Part shown: one piece after another, positions 39,791-50,080 of the stretch
Layout: every line of letters starts with the position of its first letter
Position numbering within the stretch: position 1 is the stretch's first letter
Source of the DNA: a virus
Lineage: Duplodnaviria; Caudoviricetes
Length of the DNA: 64,000 bases
Virus record (IMG/VR): IMGVR_UViG_3300014204_000111
Location: 156,862-220,861 of that record
Strand: one strand, 5' to 3'
The notes under the pieces: generated by a model
Told to the model about the DNA's origin: nothing
The model's database searches: none
What the model saw: the letters and a program-made list of their open reading frames with translations, nothing else
Program-made: the position numbers and the translations under genes

Positions 39791-40512
39791 TGCCTACTTT
39801 TATAGAGGGAGCTAAAAGCCCATTTGTTACAGATGTTCACGGAATTAATACTTTATTAGTTGACAATATTATAGCTGAATTTTATAAAAAAGCTATTTCA
39901 GATAAACTAGTGACAGTCGAAATTGGATTTCCTAAAACAGGATTTAAAACTCCTTGTATACAAATTTCTTGTCCATCATATCAATGTGTTGCTCCACTAG
40001 GATATAGAGTCGGGAAAAAAAATGAAGAGACAAAGCTCCAATTTCATGAAGATATTGATAGCAAAACTGGATTAATTACTAAAGTTAGAACAAATATTGC
40101 TGATACAGACCCAGCTAAACTTGAAATAGGATTTCAATCAACAGCTACTGTTAAAATTTCTGTTTATAATCATAACTATGATTCTATGCATCTTTTAGCT
40201 CAAGAGGTAATTGGACTAATGTTATGTAATTATGATACATATTTTACAAAGTTAGATAAACATAGTGATTTTTTTAAAAATGACCCAGAAGCTGCTCCAA
40301 AATTTATGGGATGTCATCTTAATAATATTATGGTGGACTATAACCAAGATATCGCTGGTGTATCTAATTTATATGTTACTAGTTTCTTTTTAACAATGCC
40401 ATATACAGTTAGAATTCAACAAAGATATACTTATATTACAGCAATTCGAGAAGAACAAACTCTAAAAGAAAATTTGAGTGAAGAAGTTATTTCTATTGTT
40501 ACAAGAGAGTAA
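39790..40512 (+). CDS. Tail terminator / tail completion protein
   Basis: Directly before the sheath; VEIGFPK..FKTPCIQI and TVKISVYNHN..SMHLLAQEV patterns. Confidence 0.65.
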   Translation: MPTFIEGAKSPFVTDVHGINTLLVDNIIAEFYKKAISDKLVTVEIGFPKTGFKTPCIQISCPSYQCVAPLGYRVGKKNEETKLQFHEDIDSKTGLITKVRTNIADTDPAKLEIGFQSTATVKISVYNHNYDSMHLLAQEVIGLMLCNYDTYFTKLDKHSDFFKNDPEAAPKFMGCHLNNIMVDYNQDIAGVSNLYVTSFFLTMPYTVRIQQRYTYITAIREEQTLKENLSEEVISIVTRE

Positions 40513-40518
40513 AATTTT

Positions 40519-40527
40519 GGGTAAAAT
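40519..40527 (+). promoter_or_regulatory. GGG-TAAAAT promoter-like motif upstream of the sheath gene
   Basis: GGGTAAAAT in the 80-bp intergenic gap; GAGAGG RBS further downstream. Confidence 0.55.
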
Positions 40528-40592
40528 AGGTTATTATCGCATGTTTTTAATTTAAGGTTATAGAAAGATAATGAATCATTTGAGAGGAAAAA

Positions 40593-42866
40593 ATGGCAAC
40601 TGACTTAACTAATAGAGTCGTTCCTAGTGTTTGGACAAAAATTATTAACAAAGTAACTTCTAACGTAAGTCCTGGCGCTGATACAATTGCATTTGTTGGC
40701 CCTGCTCTAAGTGGAACTTTGGACGAAGTTCAAACTTTTGGTAATCCAAGCACAGCTCTACAATCTTTAGGCGCTTGTCTAATGACAAATCAAATGTTTG
40801 CAGCTTGGAGCGGTGGAGCTGGAACAACAAAAACTGTACGTATCGGTGGAACTAGAGATTTTGATTCTGTGGTCTATCTTGATAATGATACCTCTCCCGA
40901 TGATGCAGTATATTATAATATTACTAAGTATTTACAATATCGTCATACTGATTTATATGATTGGTATGATACTGTACTCGGAGAATTTAGTCCTGGTATT
41001 TATGATATGCTAGGTGAAATGACTACGCCTGGTCAATTACAAGACGCGATTTTCTGTTCTTCCTCTGAAATTTTTGATACTTTTGATTTACAATGGGCAA
41101 CTGATGCTGACCCCAAAGGTTATATCGAAGTTCTTTATTATAGCGGAGATATGCTTGCTGAAATTCCAGGTTGGTCTCCATTCCCAACAATCACCATGAA
41201 TGATACTAACTATATTCATGGAGACAATGGTTCTGCTAGTGTTACAGGAACTGGAGCTACTTTACTTAGATTTGAATGGGAATTGGAAGATGTAGATGAC
41301 TGGATTCAAACAAGTTTAGTTGACTCAGAAGGAGTTAGCCATAGTGGTTATTTTATCGCTATTCGTCGTGGTGAAGACTATACTCCTGATGAAACTGGCG
41401 GATGGAATATTTCAAGACTCGCAAAGAGAATTGGTGCAGAGGCTCCTTATTTAGTTCTTTATCCATTAATCCAAGATGGTACTTCTCCGGCTAATGTTAT
41501 TGTTGAAGATGTAACAACTCCTGGTTCTGGATATGCTTGTGGTGATACTAGAGAAAAACCATCTATTCTCTTTACTGGTAAGAAAGCTTCTTCTGAAACA
41601 GATGAGCCAGTAACCGTTTATACTAGACTAGTAAATAATAGAAATATTCAAATTACCATTTCTAGAGATGATTCTCTTGGTAATACAACTACAGAAAATT
41701 ATACGATTGTTCCGAGTATTGATGTAGATACAAATAAGCGTGTTTATAGCACCGAAGACTTTATTGCCGATGTTAATGCACATTCTACCATTGTTACTGC
41801 TGAAGATTTAAGTGAATTTTCTGGTCTTGAATCTGTAAATACTTGTTTTGGATGGAGTGCTCCTATTCAGACAAGTGAAGTAGCTGCTCAAAATAGTCTT
41901 TCAACTGCTAAAGCTAATTTACTAACAGGTGGAAACTCTAATCTTGATAGTGTTAATCTTAAAGATTATTCTTATGGTCTTAGCAAACTATCATCTGAAA
42001 CAGATATTTATTGGGTTCTACCAGTAATTCCAGACGAATCTCTTTATTTTGCTGGCACTACTAATATTGATAGTGATAAATTTAATGCTATTATGCAATT
42101 ATTTTATACTCATGTTGAGAGTATATCTGAAGGGTTGAATATGAAGCCTAGAGTACTTATGAGTTGGCTAAGTCCTGCTATACAAAATGCAGGAACAATT
42201 CAAAATAGTAATCAAAATATTCAAACAGGAAGCGTTAATAGATTAGGAGCAGTAAGTAGAGTTCTTTATTCAGTAGATAAATTGAGTTGGCTAGAATTAG
42301 AAGGAAGTGGCTCTTTAGTAGCAAGAAGAGAATATCTTGCCTCTCATTTTGCAGGAATGTTAGCTGGACTAGAACCTGGCGTTCCTGGTACTCGTAAACC
42401 TATTAAGGGTGGAACCCCAGATAAAGTTTATGATGCTGAAGCACTAGATATATTAATCCGTAATGGTGTTCTTGCTTGTACTCGCGTTGAAGGTAAGGGT
42501 ATTTGTCTTGCAAAAGCCGTAACAAGCGAAATTGGTACTCTTTTATCAGCTATTACTGCGAGAAGAATTGCTGACAGGATAGCGGTAGATACAACCGCAA
42601 TTTTAGAAGCAAACTTTATTGGTCAGAGTTTAGAATCACAAGTAATTGTCGATATCAAAAAGGCAATAGAATCCTATTTAAATACAAAGATTCTTCCGGC
42701 AACAGCGGGAGGTTTAATTAGTGGATATGAGAACATCATAGTGTTACCTGATGGTGTTAATCCTAATAAAGTTAATGTTGCTTATGACTTATTAATTAAA
42801 ACTGACTTAGATTATATTGACCAAACAATTTATCTTCGTAATAATACGATAACAGTAGCACTCTAA
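40593..42866 (+). CDS. Contractile tail sheath protein with an inserted domain
   Basis: VVPSVWTKI, IAFVGPALSG, FAGMLAG..PGTRKPI, LDILIRNGV, ITARRIADRI..ANFIG, LDYIDQTI; followed by the tube gene. Confidence 0.92.
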   Translation: MATDLTNRVVPSVWTKIINKVTSNVSPGADTIAFVGPALSGTLDEVQTFGNPSTALQSLGACLMTNQMFAAWSGGAGTTKTVRIGGTRDFDSVVYLDNDTSPDDAVYYNITKYLQYRHTDLYDWYDTVLGEFSPGIYDMLGEMTTPGQLQDAIFCSSSEIFDTFDLQWATDADPKGYIEVLYYSGDMLAEIPGWSPFPTITMNDTNYIHGDNGSASVTGTGATLLRFEWELEDVDDWIQTSLVDSEGVSHSGYFIAIRRGEDYTPDETGGWNISRLAKRIGAEAPYLVLYPLIQDGTSPANVIVEDVTTPGSGYACGDTREKPSILFTGKKASSETDEPVTVYTRLVNNRNIQITISRDDSLGNTTTENYTIVPSIDVDTNKRVYSTEDFIADVNAHSTIVTAEDLSEFSGLESVNTCFGWSAPIQTSEVAAQNSLSTAKANLLTGGNSNLDSVNLKDYSYGLSKLSSETDIYWVLPVIPDESLYFAGTTNIDSDKFNAIMQLFYTHVESISEGLNMKPRVLMSWLSPAIQNAGTIQNSNQNIQTGSVNRLGAVSRVLYSVDKLSWLELEGSGSLVARREYLASHFAGMLAGLEPGVPGTRKPIKGGTPDKVYDAEALDILIRNGVLACTRVEGKGICLAKAVTSEIGTLLSAITARRIADRIAVDTTAILEANFIGQSLESQVIVDIKKAIESYLNTKILPATAGGLISGYENIIVLPDGVNPNKVNVAYDLLIKTDLDYIDQTIYLRNNTITVAL

Positions 42867-42877
42867 GGTGGTAAAAA

Positions 42878-43321
42878 ATGGCTAATGGGTATCCCGTAAC
42901 CGGGAGTCTGGTACAAATATGGTATGATGGAAAGGTAATTGGCTATGGTCAAGGCTTTAAGATTGACATGAAAGTTGATTATCAAATGGCCCGTGAACTT
43001 GGAAAGGTTTATCCAAGTACATTTGTTCTCTCTTTTATTACTGTTACTGGAGGATTTACTGTTGCCGACTATGCAACATTAAAGAGTCTTGAAAAGATTT
43101 TAACTGATGTGGGTTCTGCTAGAGGTACTAGCGCTCCTTCAGGTAAATCATTTAAATTAGTTCCGACAGATGACTCTGATTTTCCAGAAGTTAATACAGA
43201 TGCTCCTCAATATATTGTTGAGGATGTTAGATTTGTAAATATGACTACCCAAGGAGATATTAGTGGACAATTAGTAACTACTACCATCTCATTTATGGGT
43301 AGAAAGATTTCGGCTGCTTAA
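42878..43321 (+). CDS. Tail tube protein
   Basis: 147 aa directly after the sheath; TGSLVQIWYDGKVIGYGQ, ARELGK. Confidence 0.85.
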   Translation: MANGYPVTGSLVQIWYDGKVIGYGQGFKIDMKVDYQMARELGKVYPSTFVLSFITVTGGFTVADYATLKSLEKILTDVGSARGTSAPSGKSFKLVPTDDSDFPEVNTDAPQYIVEDVRFVNMTTQGDISGQLVTTTISFMGRKISAA

Positions 43322-43330
43322 GGATAATGT

Positions 43331-43687
43331 ATGCAAGAAGTGGAGTTTGAGGGAAGTAAGTATACTATTAAAACAGAGCCGATGACCATTGGAGACCTAA
43401 TGGACATGACGGCATATATGGATTATCTAAAATGGTACTCGCAACGACTATTGCCTGAGCAGGTTCCTTGTTCAGAAGATAGCAAAGAATTTTACGGACA
43501 AGTGGCAAGAGCCTTAGTTATTGTAAAAGCAGGATTAGCTCCTCCGGGGCATAGTAATATGAATCCTATGACTTTACTACAATTAAGAGGTAAGTTGCCT
43601 GAGTTTGTAAAATTTATTTGTCATCAATATGATATTTCCAAAGAACCTGCTTTGGCAACTACAGAAGAAGAAGCTAAAAAAAAATAG
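43331..43687 (+). CDS. Tail assembly chaperone (gpG-like)
   Basis: After the tube gene; ends EEEAKKK on an A9 slippery run. Confidence 0.8.
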   Translation: MQEVEFEGSKYTIKTEPMTIGDLMDMTAYMDYLKWYSQRLLPEQVPCSEDSKEFYGQVARALVIVKAGLAPPGHSNMNPMTLLQLRGKLPEFVKFICHQYDISKEPALATTEEEAKKK

Positions 43688-43908
43688 CAGAAAATCCTCA
43701 TCTTAAGGCTATTCTTGATTTGGGTTTTTATATGGGTGTGAATCCATTCGCACCAACTTTGCGTGAAACTCGTCAAGATTATTTCTTGCTCTTAACTGTT
43801 CATAGAGAGTACATGATTAATCAACGTAAAATTCAAGCTCAAATTGAGAAGGATAAAGCAGACGCAATTAATCAATTTCTTCCATCAAGAGGAGCGTTTA
43901 GAAGATAA
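43678..43908 (+). CDS. Tail assembly chaperone -1 frameshift extension (gpT-like)
   Basis: A AAA AAA heptamer at 43678-43684; the -1 frame is open as KKIAENPHLKAILDLGFYMGVNPF... to TAA at 43908. Confidence 0.8.
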   Translation, partial: KKIAENPHLKAILDLGFYMGVNPFAPTLRETRQDYFLLLTVHREYMINQRKIQAQIEKDKADAINQFLPSRGAFRR

Positions 43909-45524
43909 TGCCTAATGAAGTACAAATTATTATACAATCTAATGCAGAATCTACCATAGCAAGATTATGGGAGGCTGTTTCTGACGTTTCTTCTCGTACT
44001 CAAAGTAATATTCCTTCTATTTCTCCTATTTCAGATAATTATATCGCAAAAGAAATTGCTCCTCCAGAACCAAGTACATATAGAGACCCAATAAATGCTA
44101 TTGCCCCTCCGCAAATAACAACAACTCCTATTAATATTACTAATCAAATAAATACACCTCAATTACCAAGTATTGAGCCAATTATTCCGCAACTTACTCA
44201 TACTCAAGAATGGGTGAATAAAGATATTGGATATGATAAACAAGAGTTTATTCCTCAAATTAGACCTATCGAATATCAGCCACAAGATTATGAAAAACAT
44301 ATAAGAGTGCCTGAAATTCCGTTTACTCCTATTCAAATTTCTCCAACAGAAATAAATCAATTTAATTTGCCAGAAATTAGTGCCAATCATCCACAAATTG
44401 AAATTCCTCGTTTAGAGCTTCCAATTCTTCAAAAAATAGAAGCAAGAGAACAACAGATAAGAATGCCTGAATTCTCATTTATAACTCCTACATATAAAGA
44501 ATTTGAAAAAAACACAATTTCTCCGATTAATATTGATACATCTATAGAGCCAAAAGAGTCTCCTCAGTTTGAATATTCAGTTCCAGAATTTAATATTTCG
44601 GTTCCTAACGAATATAAAGAGTATGAAGAGAAGTTTCAACCATCTCAGTATATACAACCTGAACAACAATGGCAACCTATCCCAATTTCATCTCCCTCTT
44701 TTCAAGAGGTGACAATTCCAGAAATACAAAAACCAGAGATTCTTCAAGGCTCTTCATCTTTTCAATATGTTACGCCTGAATTTATTCCAATGAAAGATTC
44801 TCAATATGTTGGATTTATACCTTCTGATAAAGTAGATTTTTCTTATGTTAATGATATCAAAGACACTCAAATTCAACCTATTCAGAGTGGATTTGAACCA
44901 CAATTTCAAATTCAGCCTATCCCAACAGAATATCAGTCTCAATTCTCTTTACCAGATATTTCTATAGAACATCCTCAGTTTTCAACTAGAGACATAGGTA
45001 TTCCAGAATTATCGATGTTTTCTCCTAGAGAAATTAATTCTGTAGAAATAACCCCAACTGATAGACAAATACCAATTATAAATGAAGTTCAACAAAATTT
45101 TTCATTTCCATCTATTGAAGTAGGATTAAGAGAACCTGAACTTAAGGATATTAATCTACCAGCTATTCAACAATTAATTGCTCCCGCGATTGCTCTTTTG
45201 TCTCCTGATAGACAAGAGGTACAACCTATTATGTTAGAGACAAAAGAATTTAATTATCAACAAAAAGAATTCACTACTCCTGATTTTCCTTTCTCTTTAC
45301 CTGAAATAAAAATGTTTGAAAAAGAAGAAGAATCTATAAAACCAATAGAGTATAAACAAGAGCCACCATTCGAATATGAACAACCTAGAATTGAGGTAAA
45401 ATTAATGGATGATTGGAAATTTGGAGGAAGAAGAGAAACTATAGCTAATGTGTCAAAAACATTTCAACAGAAAGAAGGTTCTCAAGTTGAGATAGGATGG
45501 ATATTTAATAGTAGGTATAATTAA
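43908..45524 (+). CDS. Protein in the tape measure position; atypical Pro/Gln/Glu/Ile-rich sequence
   Basis: Lies between the G/GT chaperone and the baseplate hub. TMP-like start EVQIIIQSNAESTIARL, but about 65 Pro in 538 aa by hand count. Confidence 0.55.
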   Translation: MPNEVQIIIQSNAESTIARLWEAVSDVSSRTQSNIPSISPISDNYIAKEIAPPEPSTYRDPINAIAPPQITTTPINITNQINTPQLPSIEPIIPQLTHTQEWVNKDIGYDKQEFIPQIRPIEYQPQDYEKHIRVPEIPFTPIQISPTEINQFNLPEISANHPQIEIPRLELPILQKIEAREQQIRMPEFSFITPTYKEFEKNTISPINIDTSIEPKESPQFEYSVPEFNISVPNEYKEYEEKFQPSQYIQPEQQWQPIPISSPSFQEVTIPEIQKPEILQGSSSFQYVTPEFIPMKDSQYVGFIPSDKVDFSYVNDIKDTQIQPIQSGFEPQFQIQPIPTEYQSQFSLPDISIEHPQFSTRDIGIPELSMFSPREINSVEITPTDRQIPIINEVQQNFSFPSIEVGLREPELKDINLPAIQQLIAPAIALLSPDRQEVQPIMLETKEFNYQQKEFTTPDFPFSLPEIKMFEKEEESIKPIEYKQEPPFEYEQPRIEVKLMDDWKFGGRRETIANVSKTFQQKEGSQVEIGWIFNSRYN

Positions 45525-47347
45525 TGGCTAGACCTGGAGATTATGTTGTTAGTATGGGGGATATCATTATCCCTAATGTTGTTGAAATAACAATGTTAAA
45601 AAATATGATTAATATGAACCCAAGAGGTATAATTGATGTTGACCTTTGGGCTGATATTGCTTCTGGATTTATGCCCGGAATTTGTGTTATTAAAACTAGA
45701 ACTAATGTAGAAGATTATTTTAGATATAACACTCCTTTTTGTGTAATAAAAAAGATACAAGGAAGAGGAGAAGTATTGAATTTTATAACTGCATCTCTCT
45801 CTTATTTATCTAAAGTAAAATACTTTGGAAAAACTGTTGGTGCTACAAAAGATGGACAAAAATTATATGATAGTTTCGTAAAATTATTAGCTTTTGGCTA
45901 TATATCTGTTTTTATAGGAGTTGTCAAAACATTCCATCAAGCAACTAGTTCATCAGGTAATAATGCTGGATATGAATTTATTATAGGTGCTCAAGATTTA
46001 GGTTCTTTCTTAGAATTTCCTTTTGTTAATAAGACTGCAATAAACACCAAAACACAATCAGGTAATAGAAAAATAGATGTAATACCTGCTTTTTACTCTA
46101 CTCCAGACCCTAATGATGCTATTTGGACATGCAAAAGAATGGAAATAGGAGTTCATAGTAAAAAATTCTCAGCAAGATTAATGAACAATGGTATTGGAGA
46201 AGATGTTGTTGGAAGAACTCCTTTTATTCACTCTATCCTACAATATAATCTAGATAACTCTCCACAATATGAAGATTATTACAAAAAATTATCCATATTA
46301 TCATTAAAGCCAATTGTAGGACTTTCTTCTACTCCCGAAGCGGATGAAATTGGTGCTCTATATTTGATGAAGAGCTTAGGAGAATTAAAAGTTCCTATTT
46401 CTGGAGAACATCAAAATAGTACTATACCAGCAGAAGCTATTCCAGAACATATAGCTCAGCAAATAACAGAAACAAATATACACCCTAATACTTCAATTTC
46501 TAATATTATTAGAGATATTACGCCTAAGTATTTTTACGAAACTTTTGTAAGAGAAGATACAGGAGAATTTATATTTAGAAGAGCTAATTGGTATGGTGAT
46601 AAAAATTTCTTACAAATAAGACAATCTTTCCAAAACCCTATTACTCCTATAGTTCCTCCTTGGGGTTCTTTAGTTACTTATCAAAAACTTTATGGAGGAA
46701 AGATGGGAGAAAATGCAGCATATAAAGTAGGTACTATTACTCAATTTGGTTTTGCAGATGTTATTACAGGCTTTGCTTCTGATAAAAACTTTTCAAAATT
46801 TGGGCAAAAAATTAATAGAGATTTTGAGATTTTTCCTAATCCAAATTGTCATACATATAATGCAAAATCAACTACATTTATAGATAAATCTAACGGTAAT
46901 CCAATTAATAATTTACAGACAACTTGGCAATTTTTTGGAAGTGATTATTATAAAATCAATGATAATTTAGTATCTTGGACTGGTATTAGTAAACCAGATA
47001 GTCCTACTCCAAAAGAGGCCGCAGGTAAAAGAATGATAAATTGGATGTCCAAATACCTTCATTCTCATAACTATTATTTATGGATGGGATTTAGTACTTA
47101 TTTTATAGCTCCAATTGGTTCTGTTGTATTTATTCCTTCATTGCCACTAATTAATCAACATGCTCCTAGCCTTGTTCCATTACCTGCATTAGGAGATGCA
47201 ACAACAATGACAAGTGGAGAAGAATCTGGGTATTATAGAATTGTAGGTAAATGCTTAAAAGTTGCGTATAGAGAAGATGGGTCTTACTCGGAAGAATATA
47301 ATATTTTATGCGCTAACTGCGGATTAGGAATGAAACAAGGAAATTAA
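45524..47347 (+). CDS. Baseplate hub protein (gp27/gpD-like)
   Basis: Synteny; VFIGVV..F, IIGAQDLGSFL, SISNIIRDITPKYFYETFVRED.GEFIFRR, C-terminal IGSVVFI..YYRIVG. Confidence 0.65.
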   Translation: MARPGDYVVSMGDIIIPNVVEITMLKNMINMNPRGIIDVDLWADIASGFMPGICVIKTRTNVEDYFRYNTPFCVIKKIQGRGEVLNFITASLSYLSKVKYFGKTVGATKDGQKLYDSFVKLLAFGYISVFIGVVKTFHQATSSSGNNAGYEFIIGAQDLGSFLEFPFVNKTAINTKTQSGNRKIDVIPAFYSTPDPNDAIWTCKRMEIGVHSKKFSARLMNNGIGEDVVGRTPFIHSILQYNLDNSPQYEDYYKKLSILSLKPIVGLSSTPEADEIGALYLMKSLGELKVPISGEHQNSTIPAEAIPEHIAQQITETNIHPNTSISNIIRDITPKYFYETFVREDTGEFIFRRANWYGDKNFLQIRQSFQNPITPIVPPWGSLVTYQKLYGGKMGENAAYKVGTITQFGFADVITGFASDKNFSKFGQKINRDFEIFPNPNCHTYNAKSTTFIDKSNGNPINNLQTTWQFFGSDYYKINDNLVSWTGISKPDSPTPKEAAGKRMINWMSKYLHSHNYYLWMGFSTYFIAPIGSVVFIPSLPLINQHAPSLVPLPALGDATTMTSGEESGYYRIVGKCLKVAYREDGSYSEEYNILCANCGLGMKQGN

Positions 47348-47348
47348 G

Positions 47349-49580
47349 ATGGCAGATAAAAGACATATATATAGAGTTGTTGCAGTATATCCAGAGAATC
47401 AAACAGTAGACTTAGTTCCTTCAATGTATTATCAGGGATTTGAAAGTGATAGTTCTGTCAAAACAGGAGCTATTATTCATAAAGTGCCTTACATTTCTTC
47501 TTCAATAAGTGACCAAGGTTCTATTTATGAATGGACTAGATTATTAGCTAAAGATGTGAATAAATCTTTTGAAAATAATTCTAAACAATATAAGCAGTCC
47601 TTTGCTTTTGGACATTTTAGAAATCCTGCTTATTTCAAATTTACTTATGAAAATTATTATAAAAATAAAGGAACAAATCCTAAAAATATTTCAGGTGGTG
47701 TTACATATCGACCAGAAGAAGGTTCGTTAGCAATTTATGATTCTGACTTAGGAATGGTATTAGGTTTCACTTCTGGTGATATGTCAATAATTAACCCTAT
47801 TCCAAATATTGCGGCAAATGATATACCTCCAGAATTTAATATGGGATATCATACAGCATTAATTAATATTCATAAAATGAAAGATATAATCCCAGGATTT
47901 ATAGCATCTTTTGCTAGTTCAATTGGATATTATAAAACACTACAAATTAAAGACGAAGTATCTTTTATGGAAACAAACAGAGATGCTTCTAAAGATAGTT
48001 ATCCTAGAGATATTGATGCTTTATCTCTTTCTCCTCTTCAATCAGGAAATTATCCAATTGTTCCAAATAATTTATGGTGGCAGAGTTTACAGACTGCTCA
48101 TGCAGAACCTTTAACACCATCATATATAAGAGGAAAGCAAGATGAATTTAAGAGATTATGTGATGTTTATGGACTACAAACAAAAGTAAAAGGTTATATT
48201 AATAGAGCTTTTAAGCCAAGAGAATATTTATCTACTATTGACCCAACATATCCTCTTTTTACATCAGCATCTGATTTTGCAAAATTTAATCCTAAAACTA
48301 ATACATTATCTATTTCTAATTTTTGGTTAGGTGATAGAAATATATTTGATAATTTTGTAACAGATGATGACGTTAAAAAAAATATAGCAAGTTATAAACA
48401 AAAAACTTATAAAGAAGCTACTTCGCTTTTTAAGTATGAAGATGATACAGATGTTCATATTATTCCAGAATCAGGTATTAGACATTCTAGAGATGGTAAA
48501 ATTCATATATTTGCTGATGTTTCTAGAACACATGCAGATAATACTAAACCATTAGATTTTTCAGAATTTTATAATCAAAGTTCTGATTTTTATAATAATA
48601 TTTATTCTTATTATAAAACATATTTACATAATTTTAAGTCTGTATATTCATCTAATGCTGGAGAACTTTATTCAGATTCTAGCGTATTAGGAGTAAACAA
48701 GTATTATTTTGACACTTTTAGGCTAGATACTCCAGAAAAACTTGGTAAAAAACAAATTAATTCTGTAGCAGAAAGAGGCTCTTATTTTACAATTGACCCT
48801 AGTTATATCGAGTTAAGCTCTGATAGTGTTAAAGGTGGATTTTTACTGCTTAAATCATCTCGTTCATATGAATGGCATAGAGAATATTGTAAATCAACCA
48901 TAATGATGCCTTTTGAAACATTTAGAACTCATTTAGCTGAAAATAGTAATGTTTACTTAAATTTTGACCATCCTGCAAATGGACAACAAACTGATAATTT
49001 TTGTTATCAAATTTTTACTAATGATAAAATCAGAGAGGGAACTTGGGCTTTAGAAGCACCTTTAGTTGGAACAAAGTCTTGGAGAACATATAATAAAGCA
49101 ATTCGTTCATATGTTATTGAAGTAGAAGAAGGTGGAGCTGTATCACATTCTGCTGGTATTTATGTAGGAGTTTCTAACGGAGATTCTAATGATATTACCC
49201 CTCCTTCTATAGAAGGAATAAATTTAGACCTTGCAGCCGATAGTCCTCCTCCGACAAGTACCACTAATGATGGAGGTATTGTTTGGATTAGAGCTGGAGC
49301 TGGTGGAATGAGTGGTACATTACCTGATGCTATGACTAAAGCATCAGAATCTGGAACTGGAAGAATAATTTTAGAAGCCGGAGAAATAGAAATAAGAACT
49401 CCTCGTTTTATGTGGGGGCCAATTAGAGATGACCAAAAAACTAGAATGGCTAAATTAAATTTAGGTGAAGTAGCACTTTCTTTAGTTCCAGCGGTAGGTC
49501 AAGCACTTAAAAATGCTGGAAAGGCTCTTTATCAGTGGTATCCAGTAAGAAATGAATTTCCGTATAGTAGTATAATGTAA
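47349..49580 (+). CDS. Baseplate central spike (gp5/gpV-like OB fold) with large insertions
   Basis: RVVAVYPENQTVDL..VPY and GGVTYRPEEGS OB-fold pattern; C-terminal IILEAGEIEI beta repeats. Confidence 0.6.
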   Translation: MADKRHIYRVVAVYPENQTVDLVPSMYYQGFESDSSVKTGAIIHKVPYISSSISDQGSIYEWTRLLAKDVNKSFENNSKQYKQSFAFGHFRNPAYFKFTYENYYKNKGTNPKNISGGVTYRPEEGSLAIYDSDLGMVLGFTSGDMSIINPIPNIAANDIPPEFNMGYHTALINIHKMKDIIPGFIASFASSIGYYKTLQIKDEVSFMETNRDASKDSYPRDIDALSLSPLQSGNYPIVPNNLWWQSLQTAHAEPLTPSYIRGKQDEFKRLCDVYGLQTKVKGYINRAFKPREYLSTIDPTYPLFTSASDFAKFNPKTNTLSISNFWLGDRNIFDNFVTDDDVKKNIASYKQKTYKEATSLFKYEDDTDVHIIPESGIRHSRDGKIHIFADVSRTHADNTKPLDFSEFYNQSSDFYNNIYSYYKTYLHNFKSVYSSNAGELYSDSSVLGVNKYYFDTFRLDTPEKLGKKQINSVAERGSYFTIDPSYIELSSDSVKGGFLLLKSSRSYEWHREYCKSTIMMPFETFRTHLAENSNVYLNFDHPANGQQTDNFCYQIFTNDKIREGTWALEAPLVGTKSWRTYNKAIRSYVIEVEEGGAVSHSAGIYVGVSNGDSNDITPPSIEGINLDLAADSPPPTSTTNDGGIVWIRAGAGGMSGTLPDAMTKASESGTGRIILEAGEIEIRTPRFMWGPIRDDQKTRMAKLNLGEVALSLVPAVGQALKNAGKALYQWYPVRNEFPYSSIM

Positions 49581-50074
49581 TGATAAGATTAACAACAGTA
49601 GGTAACAATCAGGTCTTAGACCTAGTTTATGCACAATTATTCACTTTAGATGGTAAAAATAGAATACTTATAGAGGATGCTGTTCATTTTAGAGTACAAG
49701 CAAATGGAGGTAAATTATCTCCACTAACTATAGAAGGGTACATTCCACTAACTGATATGGAGAAATATAAAGAGTTAGAAAAATATTTAACTGATAGTAG
49801 AGATATATTGTCTCCCGCTATTCCTAGAATGCCTCAGTTTGAAATTACTCAAAAAAGAACAACTGCTTCCGAATCAAGGACACAAGAAGCTGTAATAAAT
49901 GATACAGAGTTAGTATTTCGAGGATTGTTAAATTCTTGGACATTTGAATTAAATACAGAACAAAATATGTTACTTAATTATAGTATTGTATTTTTAGTGT
50001 ATCCATATGCTAATTCTGCTGAAAATCAACAAATGAAGACAAAACAAATTAGACAAGTGTATCATCTGGGGTAA
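49580..50074 (+). CDS. Putative baseplate or tube-initiator protein
   Basis: Synteny; PLTIEG..FRGLLNSWTF..YSIVF tube-like fold pattern. Confidence 0.5.
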   Translation: MIRLTTVGNNQVLDLVYAQLFTLDGKNRILIEDAVHFRVQANGGKLSPLTIEGYIPLTDMEKYKELEKYLTDSRDILSPAIPRMPQFEITQKRTTASESRTQEAVINDTELVFRGLLNSWTFELNTEQNMLLNYSIVFLVYPYANSAENQQMKTKQIRQVYHLG

Positions 50075-50080
50075 ACTATA

